A stretch of DNA of 63,754 bases, counting the filler, from Candidatus Omnitrophota bacterium (lineage in GTDB: Bacteria > Omnitrophota > Gorgyraeia > JAGLLT01): NCBI GenBank assembly GCA_023140385.1. It is 8 parts of 8 records of this genome, joined end to end, with 100 filler letters (N's around TTAATTAATTAA, not from the genome) between each part and the next. Parts side by side here need not be neighbours in the genome. Positions count along the whole stretch, not along the records: positions 1 to 14,602 come from JAGLLT010000001.1; 7 more parts are not named here. One strand, 5' to 3'. This document shows positions 1-11,213 of the stretch, one piece after another. Positions within the stretch are counted from its first letter, which is position 1. Every line of letters begins with the position of its first letter. The notes under the pieces were generated by a model that ran no database searches, was not told where the DNA came from, and saw only the letters and a program-made list of their open reading frames with translations. Both the position numbers and the translations under genes were made by a program.

Positions 1-1169
1 CCTTTTGCCGGTTCTTTTTTAGTGGAAATTATAATTGCCGGACGGTAAAATTTGTCAACCAGTTTGGAGGCCACAATGCCAACCACACCGGGATGCCAAT
101 CATCACTAAGGACGATTACCAGATGTTCCTTGGAGTTCACGTCCTTTTCTACCAGAGAAAGCGCCTCTTTTAAAGTTTTTTCCTGAATTTTTTGACGCTG
201 GCGATTACCGTCATTTAAAAGTTTTGCCAGAGCCTCCGCTTCCAGTTCGTCCCCGGTTAACAAAAGCTTAAGCGCGGCTTCAGCTGAACCTATCCTGCCC
301 GCGGCATTTATGCGTGGAGCCAGGATAAAACTGATATGCCCCGCGGAAATTACCTTTTCGTCAAGCCGGGCACTTTTTATTAAAGAAGTGAGGCCGGTTT
401 TTTTTGTCTGGTTAAGCTGTTCAAGGCCGTATTTTATTAAAATTCTGTTTTCACCTAAAAGAGGAACCACGTCGGCAATCGTGCCCATAGCCACTAAATC
501 AAGATGCGGCTTTAGATATAACAGCGGCTCATCGACAAACTCTCCCGCTAAAGCCTGGGCAAGCTTAAAGGCTACTCCGACGCCGGCTAATTGCTTAAAG
601 GGGTACTCGCAGCCAGGCTGATGCGGGTTTATAATACTGTGAGCTTTAGGAAGTTCGCTCTGCGGCTGATGGTGGTCGGTAATAATTATGTCAATGCCGA
701 GGGAATTTAAGTAATCAACCTCATCCACGGCCGTAATACCGCAGTCTACGGTTATTATCAGGGAAACTTCCCGCGATTTAGCTAAGCCGCAGGCGTCTTT
801 ATTTAGATCGTAGCCTTCTTCAAGGCGGTTTGGGATATAGTAAATAACGTTTGGGGTAAATTTTTTGAGAATTGTATAAAGCAAGGCTACTGAGGTAACA
901 CCGTCAGCGTCATAGTCGCCGTAAATAAGAATCTTCTCTTTCTTTTCAACGGCCTCTTTAATTCTCCTAACCGCCGGGTTTATATCCTTTAAGAGCAGAG
1001 GGCTGTGAAGCCCTGAAAGCTCACTGCTTAAGAAGCTCTCCACTTCACCGGCGGCGGTAATGCCTCTATTTACCAGCAGGCCCGCAATCACCGGATGAAT
1101 ACCCAACCTCTTGGCAAGCTCAGCCTTCAGCCTCTCGTCCGGCTTCTTTACTCTCCATCTTTTTTCCAT
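1..1169 (-). CDS. recJ: Single-stranded-DNA exonuclease RecJ (3' end outside window; absent from ORF track)
   Basis: Manual translation from ATG at 1169 (MEKRWRVKK...) shows the DHH-family motifs YGDYDADG, ITVDCG, TDHH, GTIADVVPL, PRINAAGR and WHPGVVGIVAS. Confidence 0.95.
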   Translation of the reverse strand, partial: MEKRWRVKKPDERLKAELAKRLGIHPVIAGLLVNRGITAAGEVESFLSSELSGLHSPLLLKDINPAVRRIKEAVEKKEKILIYGDYDADGVTSVALLYTILKKFTPNVIYYIPNRLEEGYDLNKDACGLAKSREVSLIITVDCGITAVDEVDYLNSLGIDIIITDHHQPQSELPKAHSIINPHQPGCEYPFKQLAGVGVAFKLAQALAGEFVDEPLLYLKPHLDLVAMGTIADVVPLLGENRILIKYGLEQLNQTKKTGLTSLIKSARLDEKVISAGHISFILAPRINAAGRIGSAEAALKLLLTGDELEAEALAKLLNDGNRQRQKIQEKTLKEALSLVEKDVNSKEHLVIVLSDDWHPGVVGIVASKLVDKFYRPAIIISTKKEPAK

Positions 1170-1197
1170 AATTTATTTTCTAATCTCTACCCTTCGC

Positions 1198-3546
1198 TTA
1201 TTTTTTCTTGTGCCACTCAACGAGGATTGGCGCGGCTACAAAGACTGATGAGTAGGTTCCTACGATAATACCTATTAAGAGTATGAGAGCAAAGTCATTT
1301 ATTACGCTTCCTCCGAAGATAAACAGGCATAAAACAACCAGTAAGGTTGTGAGGGATGTAATAATTGTCCGCGAGAGGGTTTCATTGATACTTTTATTGA
1401 CAATGTTTTTAAATGTTAATTTGCCCGGTAAGCGCAGGTCTTCCCTGATTCTGTCAAAAACAACTATGGTGTCGTTTAAGGAATAACCTATAATAGTCAG
1501 GATGGCCGCTATAATGGGGAGAGACAACTCCCTGCCTAAGATGCAGAAAATGCCCAGTGTCACAAGCACATCGTGCAAAAGCGCGATTATGGCGCAGATA
1601 CCGAATTTAAATTCAAACCTGAAGGTTACATAGATACAGACAGCGACCATAGCCAGCACAATCGCCCATATAGCTTTATAGCGGAGTTCTTTTCCTATGG
1701 TGGGGCCTATCTCTTCTACCCGAAGCACCTTTACGGCGCCGTCCTTATGGATGGTTTTTAAAGCTTCTTCAATTTGAGACGACTTTTGGCCCTCCACGCG
1801 AATAAGCACCTCATTGGTGTCCTCAAAGGACTGAATTGAGGCTTTTCCCAGGCCCACTTCTTTTAACGCCTTTCTGATACTGTTTATTTCAGGTTTTTTT
1901 TCAAAACGCACCTGCTGAATAGTCCCGCCCATAAAGTCAATACCAAAGTTATCCCTTCCCTTCGCGGCAAAGGCAGACATGCCGGCAATAATAATAAACG
2001 CCGACACCACATAGGCAATTTTCCTTTTACCTATAAAGTTAAAATTGGGCTTGTCTAAAATCTCAAGCATCGGCAGTTTCTTTAAAATCCTGGTCTTTAC
2101 GGTCAGGGTGTCAAATATTAAACGTGTAACCACCAGGGCGGTAAACATACTGGCAATAATACCAAACATCAGCGTGAGCCCGAAGCCTTTAATGGGGCCG
2201 GTGCCGATTTTATACAGGATATAAGCGGTAATTAGAGTTGTCAGGTTGGCATCCATGATGGTCGAAAATACCTTGTGGTAGCCGGCCTGTATCGCGGGAC
2301 GAATGCTTTTGCCGGTCTTCATCTCCTCCCTAACGCGCTCAAAGATGAGAACGTTGGCGTCTACCGCCATACCAATGGTCAGAATTATACCGGCAATGCC
2401 CGGTAGGGTCAGCGTAGCGTCAAATAATGAAAGAGCGCCCATGATTATAACAATATTGAGGCAGAGGGCGAAGTTGGCAATAAGCCCGGCAGAAAGGTAA
2501 TAAACGGCCATAAAGCCTAAAACCAAAATGCCGCCGGTAATGGCCGCGGTAACACCCTTTTTTATAGAGTCTCGCCCAAGGCTGGGGCCGATGGTACTTT
2601 CCTGCTCTATCTCAATCGGAGCCGGCAGAGAACCGGCGCGCAGAATAACGGATAGATCCTCTACTTCATTTTTTGTAAAGCGGCCGGTAATAGTCGGTTT
2701 TCCGCCTACCTTTTCCCTCATCGTCGGCGCCGAATAAACTACGTCGTCTAATACAATGGCCAAATGACTTACTATCTTGTCTTCTTTATACCTTTTAGCG
2801 GCCTGTCCGGTTAACAAAGTCATCCTGCGCCCGCCTTTGGCGTCAAACTGCAGTTGAACATGATACTCTCTAAGATGATTTACGTCCCAGTCAGCATTGG
2901 TCAACGACTCGCCGCTTATCTCTGTTTCCTCTTTTAATAAATATAGTTGTCTATACTTACTCTCGTCCTCCTCAAGCTCTTTTGAAAGAAGCATCTGATA
3001 TTTATCAGAAATAACCTCTTTTACTTCGGGGCTATTTAGAATCTTCCTTATTTCATTTTTATCTTTGGCGTCAAAGGTAATATATTTATAAGGAACACCT
3101 TCGTTTGTGGAAGTATCTATGATGTTGAGCTTATCAAGAAAAGGAGTAATTTTATCTATCTTGTTAATCGTCACCTCGGTCACTTCCCAGGGAGCAACCA
3201 GCTTGAACTCCAAAAGCGCCGTCTGGCCGATAAGATCAACCGCGCGCTGTCTATCTTCTACGCCTGGAAGCTCAACAATAATACGGTTTTTACCCTTTAA
3301 CTGAATAGAAGGTTCCTTTACTCCAAACTCATCAATCCTGTTTCGTATAATCTCAAGGGCACGCTTAGTAGCTCCGGCGCGGGCGTCTTTGGGCAGGTCA
3401 TCCGTATTAACCTTGAGCACAAGATGCATACCGCCCTGCAAATCAAGCCCTAAATTTATCCTCTCTGACGGCGGATACATAAGCCACAGAGAGCATGCCA
3501 CCACAACTATAACCAGTAGAACCTTCCATCGATAATTGGCAGTCAC
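1198..3546 (-). CDS. secDF: Protein translocase subunit SecDF (fused SecD+SecF)
   Basis: LGLDLQGG, LTLPGIAGIILTIGMAVDANVLIFER, FGIDFMGG and GYSLNDTIVVFDRIRE in one 782-aa ORF; GTG start. Confidence 0.95.
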   Translation of the reverse strand: MTANYRWKVLLVIVVVACSLWLMYPPSERINLGLDLQGGMHLVLKVNTDDLPKDARAGATKRALEIIRNRIDEFGVKEPSIQLKGKNRIIVELPGVEDRQRAVDLIGQTALLEFKLVAPWEVTEVTINKIDKITPFLDKLNIIDTSTNEGVPYKYITFDAKDKNEIRKILNSPEVKEVISDKYQMLLSKELEEDESKYRQLYLLKEETEISGESLTNADWDVNHLREYHVQLQFDAKGGRRMTLLTGQAAKRYKEDKIVSHLAIVLDDVVYSAPTMREKVGGKPTITGRFTKNEVEDLSVILRAGSLPAPIEIEQESTIGPSLGRDSIKKGVTAAITGGILVLGFMAVYYLSAGLIANFALCLNIVIIMGALSLFDATLTLPGIAGIILTIGMAVDANVLIFERVREEMKTGKSIRPAIQAGYHKVFSTIMDANLTTLITAYILYKIGTGPIKGFGLTLMFGIIASMFTALVVTRLIFDTLTVKTRILKKLPMLEILDKPNFNFIGKRKIAYVVSAFIIIAGMSAFAAKGRDNFGIDFMGGTIQQVRFEKKPEINSIRKALKEVGLGKASIQSFEDTNEVLIRVEGQKSSQIEEALKTIHKDGAVKVLRVEEIGPTIGKELRYKAIWAIVLAMVAVCIYVTFRFEFKFGICAIIALLHDVLVTLGIFCILGRELSLPIIAAILTIIGYSLNDTIVVFDRIREDLRLPGKLTFKNIVNKSINETLSRTIITSLTTLLVVLCLFIFGGSVINDFALILLIGIIVGTYSSVFVAAPILVEWHKKK

Positions 3547-3554
3547 AATTTAAT

Positions 3555-3607
3555 CTCCTTAATGACCCCGCCCTGGCGGGGGGTTTAACTCCGAAGCATA
3601 AGCTAAG
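3555..3607 (-). repeat. Palindromic mini-element (GCTTCGGAGTTAA..CCCGCC-GGCGGG..ATTAAGGAG), copy 1
   Basis: Aligns with copies at 53888-53941 and 54818-54866; its 3' end forms the SD of secDF. Confidence 0.7.
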
Positions 3608-3621
3608 CGGGAACTGTCTTT

Positions 3622-3954
3622 TTACGTTTTCTTTTTACCTGAAATTGAACTCTTTTGTATTTCCATCCTAACGTTGTCATCAATTCGTATGATAAAAGTA
3701 GTATCTTTTACGTTAACAATTGTGCCGTGAATGCCGCCTGCCGTAATCACATCATCATTTTTTTTCAGGCTGCTTAGTACTTCGGCGTGTTCCTTTTGCT
3801 TTTTTTTCTGGGGGCGTAAAAGAATAAAGTAAAATACCCCTATAATGAGAATAAAAGGTAATAAAGTCATAATTGGATTGGGCGCTCCTCCGTCAGTAGA
3901 CTGCGCCTGCGGCGTGGTCCCAAAAGCATAAGCGATACTGGCTAAATTCAACAT
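3622..3954 (-). CDS. yajC: Preprotein translocase subunit YajC
   Basis: FYFILLRPQKKKQK and DDVITAGGIHG motifs; lies between tgt and secD. Confidence 0.95.
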   Translation of the reverse strand: MLNLASIAYAFGTTPQAQSTDGGAPNPIMTLLPFILIIGVFYFILLRPQKKKQKEHAEVLSSLKKNDDVITAGGIHGTIVNVKDTTFIIRIDDNVRMEIQKSSISGKKKT

Positions 3955-3965
3955 AATTCCCCTTT

Positions 3966-5123
<1,158 letters not shown>

Positions 5124-5134
5124 TCTATCAGACA

Positions 5135-6193
5135 CTAAATAATGAGCATTGCGTCGCCGTAACTGTAGAAGCGGTACTTCCGGCTGACGGCTTCTTCGTA
5201 GGCCTTCATTAAAAAACTATGCCCTTCCTGAATGCTCATACTCTTTTCTGAGCTTACAAAGGCGCTTACCAGCATTAAAAGCGAGCTTCGCGGCAAATGA
5301 AAGTTAGTCAGTAAGGCATCTGTAAATTTAAACTTATACGGCGGATAAATAAATATATCGGTATCCGATTCCACCGGATGAACCCTTGAATTAAAAACCG
5401 CTGACTCTAATGCTCTGGAAACCGTTGTCCCCACAGCTATGACCCTGCCGCCTGAGGATGCTGTTTTATTTAAGTATAAAGCCGTTTCTTCCGGTATCTT
5501 ATACCACTCAGAATGAAGTCGGCCTTTATCTAACTCCTCTCGCGTTATGGGTTTAAATGTACCATAACTGACGTGTAAAGTCAAATAGCAAATCGCGGTG
5601 CCCTTGCGCTCTATCTCTTTTAAATAAGGTGTGTCAAAATGCAATCCCGCGGTCGGCGCGGCAACAGCACCTTTATGCTTCGCGAATACAGTTTGATAGC
5701 GGCTCCTGTCAGCTTCATCAGGCTGTCTCTTTATATATGGCGGAAGGGGAACCGCTCCTTCTTCTTCCAGTTTCATTTCAATATTCGCGCTTTTTTCAAA
5801 CTCTATAAGCTTCATAGGAGAGTCATCTTTAATAACCCGGGCTTCAAGCCCGCTGTTTTTCAGGACAATTACGTCGCCTTCCTTTGCCCTCTTTGAAGGC
5901 TTGATGAGCACCTGATATTTGTAAGGCGCTGTTTTTCTTGTAATAAAAACTTCCAGCTTGGCGCCGGTTGATTTTCTTGCCGCGTTTAACCGCGCGGGTA
6001 TAACATAAGTATTATTTAAAGCCAAGGCATCTTCAGCGTTTAGGTAATTTATAAAGTCGGTGAAGTTTTTGTGCTCTATTGTGCGGCGGCGCCTGTCAAG
6101 AACCAAAAGGCGCGAAAGCCGCCTCTCTCTGGCGGGATACTGAGCGATTAGTTCTTCCGGTAGGTGATAATCAAAAGAGTTTAAGGTTAGCAT
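5135..6193 (-). CDS. queA: S-adenosylmethionine:tRNA ribosyltransferase-isomerase
   Basis: FDYHLPEELIAQYP, PLPPYIKR, AVAAPTAGLHF, TNFHLPRSS, YRFYSYGDAMLI. Confidence 0.97.
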   Translation of the reverse strand: MLTLNSFDYHLPEELIAQYPARERRLSRLLVLDRRRRTIEHKNFTDFINYLNAEDALALNNTYVIPARLNAARKSTGAKLEVFITRKTAPYKYQVLIKPSKRAKEGDVIVLKNSGLEARVIKDDSPMKLIEFEKSANIEMKLEEEGAVPLPPYIKRQPDEADRSRYQTVFAKHKGAVAAPTAGLHFDTPYLKEIERKGTAICYLTLHVSYGTFKPITREELDKGRLHSEWYKIPEETALYLNKTASSGGRVIAVGTTVSRALESAVFNSRVHPVESDTDIFIYPPYKFKFTDALLTNFHLPRSSLLMLVSAFVSSEKSMSIQEGHSFLMKAYEEAVSRKYRFYSYGDAMLII

Positions 6194-7361
6194 CTTCAGA
6201 CCAGATATTTTTTATTTCACTTGAGGGGTAATAAAACCGCAGAATATCCTCTTTTTTGTGTCTTTTCATAGCCATACCAAGGGCGCCCCACTGACACATA
6301 CCGACACCGTGCCCCCAGCCTTTGCCTTCAAAATAGGCGTAATCAGATTTAGTTTTAATTTTGAATTTTGACGATTTAATAAGTGTTGGACTGACCATAA
6401 TGCGAAATCTGTAGGCGGAAACAACGGCCTCTCCTCCGGAATGACATACCTTGAGATTTTTTATCCTGCCCGAAGCGTCATAATCCACGGCTTTAATAGA
6501 AAGTATTTTACCCAATTTATAACCGTTATCATTTAGATGTCCGCGTATCTTCCAGAGAGAAACTTTTCTCTTCCACGGGTAGTGCGGGGTATTGCGGCAG
6601 TAACCGCAGGTTCGTCCCTTTAAAACAGGTAGGTCGTTCTTCCAGAGACGGCCGGCATCTTGTGTATGGCCTCCGCAACAGGCGTGAAAATAGGCCGGAA
6701 ATATTTTTCCCTTATAGGTTAACACTTCGCCGTAAGTTTCTATGACGGCTTTATTGGTTTTACGCTTCTCTCCGGCGGCGCCGCCATAAACTTGGGAAAA
6801 AGCGGTATTGGTCAAATCGTAATCCATTTCTTTGTTGTTTATGTGCTGATATAAAGCAAAAGTTCTAGAGACGACCGCCTGCGCCTTTAAGGTTTCCATC
6901 GGCCAGTAATGCGGAACTTCATGGCGAAGAACTCCGCAAAGGTACTCTTCAATATCGACGTGATTAACCAGAAGCAGACGTCCATTCGCCTCTCTAATGA
7001 TATCCATTATGCCTCTGAATTTACGGCCGTCGATTACTATGGAGGCATCCCGCGCCGTAGCTATCCTGATACCAAAAACATTTAGATCCTCCTTGCCCAG
7101 CCTTATACCGCCGGCCGACGGGTATACGACGATTTTAAGATTACTGCCGTCTTTTAAAAGTTCATTTGTGTGCAGGGTATAAATACTGTAGCGGCCTTTC
7201 AGGTAAAGCTTAACACTCTTTTTGTCTTTACTAATGGCCACCCTGATGTATTTTTTCGGGCCCTCCGGCTTGGCTGACATTGCCAATACACCGTTTGAGA
7301 CAAGTAATAATAGAGCTCCGCAAATAATCAGCAATCGGGTAATATTTTTATATTTTTTCAT
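6171..7361 (-). CDS. SpoIID/LytB-domain peptidoglycan lytic protein
   Basis: Signal peptide; EEYLCGVL..E, LKAQAVVSRT, QVYGG and GWGHGVGMCQWGA motifs. Confidence 0.88.
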   Translation of the reverse strand: MKKYKNITRLLIICGALLLLVSNGVLAMSAKPEGPKKYIRVAISKDKKSVKLYLKGRYSIYTLHTNELLKDGSNLKIVVYPSAGGIRLGKEDLNVFGIRIATARDASIVIDGRKFRGIMDIIREANGRLLLVNHVDIEEYLCGVLRHEVPHYWPMETLKAQAVVSRTFALYQHINNKEMDYDLTNTAFSQVYGGAAGEKRKTNKAVIETYGEVLTYKGKIFPAYFHACCGGHTQDAGRLWKNDLPVLKGRTCGYCRNTPHYPWKRKVSLWKIRGHLNDNGYKLGKILSIKAVDYDASGRIKNLKVCHSGGEAVVSAYRFRIMVSPTLIKSSKFKIKTKSDYAYFEGKGWGHGVGMCQWGALGMAMKRHKKEDILRFYYPSSEIKNIWSEDANLKLF

Positions 7362-7908
7362 TTATTTTCCGGTATTTTTTCAGGTAACGGGCTCTTTCAG
7401 AAAACAGACAGCCGCAGTACTTTTGCAGATAAAGCCCTGAGTTTCGCGCTTCATTATACGCCTCGCGAAAACCATCGCTAAAATCCTGATAATAAAATTT
7501 TACTCCCTCTTCTTCCGCCGCCTGCTCACCGGCCTTTTTGATAAGTTTTTTATTCTGATAGGGGCTTACTAAAAGGGTGGTTGTGAAAACATCAATCCCG
7601 AGCTCTCTTGCCTTTTTGGCCGACTTCCCGAGGCGCAGGCGCCAGCAGGCGATACATCTGTCCGGCTCTTCTATTTTACCGCCCACAGCGCCAAAAAAAC
7701 TCTCAATATCATAGTCGGGGGTAGTATAGAGCTTAACCTTGCTAATCTGCGCGTACTCTTTTAGACTGTCAAGGCGTTTTTTATACTCGGTGTAAGGGTG
7801 AATATTGGGATTGTAGAAAAAAGAAACCACTTCAAAATCTCTTTCTTCCAGTACCTTTTTAGGGTAGATTAAACACGGCGCGCAGCAGGTATGCAAAAGA
7901 AGTTTCAT
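7348..7908 (-). CDS. queH: Epoxyqueuosine reductase QueH (DUF208)
   Basis: LLLHTCCAPC, FYNPNIHP, RCIAC and YCGCLFS motifs; next to queA and tgt. Confidence 0.9.
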   Translation of the reverse strand: MKLLLHTCCAPCLIYPKKVLEERDFEVVSFFYNPNIHPYTEYKKRLDSLKEYAQISKVKLYTTPDYDIESFFGAVGGKIEEPDRCIACWRLRLGKSAKKARELGIDVFTTTLLVSPYQNKKLIKKAGEQAAEEEGVKFYYQDFSDGFREAYNEARNSGLYLQKYCGCLFSERARYLKKYRKINEKI

Positions 7909-7916
7909 ATTACAGC

Positions 7917-8963
7917 TTAGAATAGTTCTCTTTGATGGTCTGTCTTTTGTGATATGTTGAAATGCTTCAGGGCGTCCTCTGAGACCTGCCTTCCCCTGGA
8001 GGTGCGCTTTAAAAAACCTATTTTTAATAAGTACGGCTCTACTACATCAGTAATGATGTCTCTTTCTTCGTTTAGGGTAGCCGCCAATGAGTCAATGCCA
8101 ACCGGGCCGCCCTTATAGGTTTTGATAATTGTCTTGAGTACCTTTCTGTCCATCCGGTCAAGCCCTTTATCATCTACCCCGTGCATACTCAATGCCTTAT
8201 CCGCGGTCTCTCTGCTTATCTTACCGTCACCTTTTACCTCGGCGTAATCCCTGACCCTTCTCAGCAGGCGGTTTGCTACGCGGGGTGTGCCGCGCGAACG
8301 CCGGGCAATTTCAAGCGCTCCTTCCCCGTCAATCGGAACATTTAAAATGACAGCTGAACGCTTAATTACCTGAACAAGCTCTTCAAAACTATAAAAATCA
8401 AGATGGAAAAATATGCCGAATCTGGATCTCAGGGGAGCCGTTAATAATCCCGCCCTGGTAGTCGCTCCAATAAAGGTAAAAGGCTTGAGATTAAAGTTAA
8501 TCGTCTTGGCGTAAGGACCTTTATCTATGAGAAAATCTATCTGGAAGTCCTCCATCGCGGGATATATAAACTCTTCCACATTTTTTGATAAACGATGTAT
8601 CTCATCAACAAAAAACACATCTCTCTCCTCCAGGTTGGTAAGAATGCCAATTAAATCACCCGGCCTGTCTATGGCGGGGCCGCTGGTGGAGGTTATTTTT
8701 GAATCAAGTTCGTGTGCAATAATATGCGCCAGGGTGGTCTTGCCCAGCCCCGGAGGGCCTGAAAAAAAGACGTGCTCAAGCGGTTCGTTCCTTTTTTTGG
8801 CGGCTTCTATAGAGATTAAAAGGTTTTCTATTATCTGCTTCTGTCCGATAAAATCGGAAAAAGATTTAGGCCTGAGCGAAAGGTTGACTATTAAATCCTC
8901 ATCCGTTTCCTGATTTGTTATCAGACTAAGGTCTTCAGGGCCGCCTACTTTTTTACCTGGCAT
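7917..8963 (-). CDS. ruvB: Holliday junction branch migration helicase RuvB
   Basis: LRPKSFSDFIGQ, GPPGLGKTT, DEIHR and RGTPRVANRLLRRVRD. Confidence 0.97.
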   Translation of the reverse strand: MPGKKVGGPEDLSLITNQETDEDLIVNLSLRPKSFSDFIGQKQIIENLLISIEAAKKRNEPLEHVFFSGPPGLGKTTLAHIIAHELDSKITSTSGPAIDRPGDLIGILTNLEERDVFFVDEIHRLSKNVEEFIYPAMEDFQIDFLIDKGPYAKTINFNLKPFTFIGATTRAGLLTAPLRSRFGIFFHLDFYSFEELVQVIKRSAVILNVPIDGEGALEIARRSRGTPRVANRLLRRVRDYAEVKGDGKISRETADKALSMHGVDDKGLDRMDRKVLKTIIKTYKGGPVGIDSLAATLNEERDIITDVVEPYLLKIGFLKRTSRGRQVSEDALKHFNISQKTDHQRELF

Positions 8964-8965
8964 CT

Positions 8966-9604
8966 CTATTCGCTCTCACCTTTCTTGCTTCTTTGCCTGT
9001 ATATCTCATTTAGTATTTCTTCGACTGTCTTTAGGTTGGGATTGCTGACAAAGGCCTGATAGAGCATCTTCTCGGCCTCCTGCTTCTTATACTGCAGTTG
9101 AGCTAACACCTGAACGGCTTCCTTTTGAATATCGTCACTGACTACGGCCCGAGAAACTTTTTCTTTATCGCGCATCAAACCATATTTACCGACTTTACCC
9201 TGTAGTTTGGCGATAATTTCCCTGGCACGCTGTCTGCCAACGCCCGGCAAGCTTTGAAGAATCGTATGATTAGCTGAATCGATGGCTTCGGCTATAGCAG
9301 AAATGGGAAGAGACAGCGCTTTTACCGCCGCCTTGGGGCCAACGCCTGAAACACTGATAAACTGAAGAAAAAACTCGCGTTCAATCTCATTAGAAAATCC
9401 AATCATCACGGACACTGACCGCGAGGGTTCTATTTTATGATAGCAATAGGTAACCAGTTCCAAAAAATCTTCATCGCTGATATTTGCCTTAATAGAGTCC
9501 ATAATAGCCGCTGGAATTAATATTTCATAAGATAAGCCGCCTACGTCTATTAAAAGCCCGTCGTCTTTTACTTCTTTAACCTTCCCTCTAATCCTTGAAA
9601 TCAT
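8966..9604 (-). CDS. ruvA: Holliday junction DNA-binding protein RuvA
   Basis: DVGGLSYEI and HhH motifs VSGVGPKAA and LPGVG; lies between ruvC and ruvB. Confidence 0.93.
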   Translation of the reverse strand: MISRIRGKVKEVKDDGLLIDVGGLSYEILIPAAIMDSIKANISDEDFLELVTYCYHKIEPSRSVSVMIGFSNEIEREFFLQFISVSGVGPKAAVKALSLPISAIAEAIDSANHTILQSLPGVGRQRAREIIAKLQGKVGKYGLMRDKEKVSRAVVSDDIQKEAVQVLAQLQYKKQEAEKMLYQAFVSNPNLKTVEEILNEIYRQRSKKGESE

Positions 9605-10092
9605 CTTCTGCCGCCTTCGATTTTATCTAAATAGGTATACGCTAAAGCCAGAGCTAACGCATCCGAAAGATCAAAAGGCATCTTCTCTTCTTTAATACTC
9701 AGAAGGTGCTGAACCATCCGCTGAACCTGTTGCTTTTGGGCGTCTCCTCTTCCGGTAATAGCCTTTTTGACACGCTTGGCCGCATAGCTTTTTATGGGAA
9801 TTTCCGCCCGCCCGCTCACCAGGCATATAATACCCCGCGCGTAACCTAATGATATAGCCGTTGTGGGATGTTTGTAATGGCTAAATACCTTCTCAAGCAC
9901 CAAAACTTCCGGCTTCTCTTGCCGGATAATCTCACTTATCCCGTTGTAAATTTTATTTAATCTATCCTGAATTAATTCCTTAACTGACGTCCTGACAACC
10001 CCGGCTGCAATTAATTTTGAGCCGCTTTTATTATGCTCTATAACGCCAAAACCTGTAGCATTTAAACCCGGATCAATTCCGATAATGCGCAT
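9601..10092 (-). CDS. ruvC: Crossover junction endodeoxyribonuclease RuvC
   Basis: IGIDPG, VKKAITGRGDA and DLSDALALA. Confidence 0.95.
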   Translation of the reverse strand: MRIIGIDPGLNATGFGVIEHNKSGSKLIAAGVVRTSVKELIQDRLNKIYNGISEIIRQEKPEVLVLEKVFSHYKHPTTAISLGYARGIICLVSGRAEIPIKSYAAKRVKKAITGRGDAQKQQVQRMVQHLLSIKEEKMPFDLSDALALALAYTYLDKIEGGRR

Positions 10093-10100
10093 AGGCCGCT

Positions 10101-10847
10101 TTAAAAATGTTTTTGTAAAATTTCGTCTGGTATGTCGAAATTTGCGTATACATGCTGAACGTCTTCCTGGTCGTCTAAGGCCTCAATCAAATTTAAAAGT
10201 TGTTCTGCATGGGAACCGTCAAGCTTGATATAAGATTTGGGTATCATAGTAATCTCATCCGATTCCGTTTTAATATTGTTGTCATCCAGGACCTTTTTGA
10301 CGGCCTCAAAATCCTTGATGTCGGTAATTATCTCAAAAACTCCGTCATCTTCTTTTAAATCTTCAGCGCCGGCATCAAGGACAATCGTCATCAGCTTGTC
10401 CTCTTCTATTTCTTTGGAGCTAACCAACACCACTCCCTTTTTGGTAAACTGCCAACTCACCGAACCGGAGCCGGCTAAATTGCCGTTTTTGTCGTTAAAG
10501 ATGCGGCGAATTTCAGCTGACGAACGGTTTTTATTGTCCGTCGCCGCCTCAACTAAAACGGCCACACCACCCGGGCCATAACCTTCGTAAACAACGTCTT
10601 CATAACTTACGCCCGGCAGTTCCCCGGTGCCCTTTTTTACGGCGCGCTCTATGTTGTCAGCGGGAACATTGGCCTCTTTTGCCTTTTGAATTGCCTGCCT
10701 GAGACGCGCGTTTACAGCTATATCGCCGCCGCCGTCACGAGCGGAAATAGTAATTTCCTTCACCAGCTTGGAAAAAAGCTTCCCTCTTTTAGCGTCAATT
10801 ATCGCTTTTTTGTGCTTAATACCAGCCCATTTAGAATGTCCGGACAT
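10101..10847 (-). CDS. yebC: YebC/PmpR family protein
   Basis: MSGHSKWAGIKHKKA, YEGYGPGGVA and DVQHVYAN. Confidence 0.96.
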   Translation of the reverse strand: MSGHSKWAGIKHKKAIIDAKRGKLFSKLVKEITISARDGGGDIAVNARLRQAIQKAKEANVPADNIERAVKKGTGELPGVSYEDVVYEGYGPGGVAVLVEAATDNKNRSSAEIRRIFNDKNGNLAGSGSVSWQFTKKGVVLVSSKEIEEDKLMTIVLDAGAEDLKEDDGVFEIITDIKDFEAVKKVLDDNNIKTESDEITMIPKSYIKLDGSHAEQLLNLIEALDDQEDVQHVYANFDIPDEILQKHF

Positions 10848-10961
10848 AAAAAAATCCTCCTGTATATGCTGAATTATAACATATAGAGGAGGGGTTGTAA
10901 AGTATTCTATTGCTCTGACGCTTCGGAGTTAGGTGGTGCGGATTATTATTTAATAACTTTT

Positions 10962-11213
10962 CTAAAATCTTCCAGAAAAAGCGTCCTTAATTTTTTTATA
11001 GAGACAAAGGCCAATAGCCCAACCACCCCATAATAACATACGAATTATTCCTACCGCCGTACAGCTGAGATTCAAAATGATTGCCAAGGAAACAAATAAT
11101 ATAAATGAACCAATAAAGAAAAGGAGGATTTTTAATCCTTTTTTCCATCCTTCCTGATACCATATAAATCCGATCATTACTATTACAACAGACGGAAAAA
11201 GAAAGTATAACAT
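10962..11213 (-). CDS. Small hydrophobic membrane protein (3 predicted TM), integron-cassette-like context
   Basis: 83-aa hydrophobic ORF with GTTAGAT upstream and ACCTAAC downstream on the coding strand. Confidence 0.6.
   Translation of the reverse strand: MLYFLFPSVVIVMIGFIWYQEGWKKGLKILLFFIGSFILFVSLAIILNLSCTAVGIIRMLLWGGWAIGLCLYKKIKDAFSGRF

Noticed and set aside
310..621. Numerous short ORFs antisense to long genes (e.g. 310-621, 8527-8913, 12656-13090, 23320-23742, 42936-43361, 46023-46460)
   Set aside because: Shadow ORFs on the opposite strand of well-supported genes, with no motifs or RBS.
6171..7908. SpoIID/LytB and queH embedded in the ruv-que-sec operon as a novel system
   Set aside because: ruvB-spoIID-queA-tgt-yajC-secDF-recJ synteny is common; SpoIID here does not imply sporulation.
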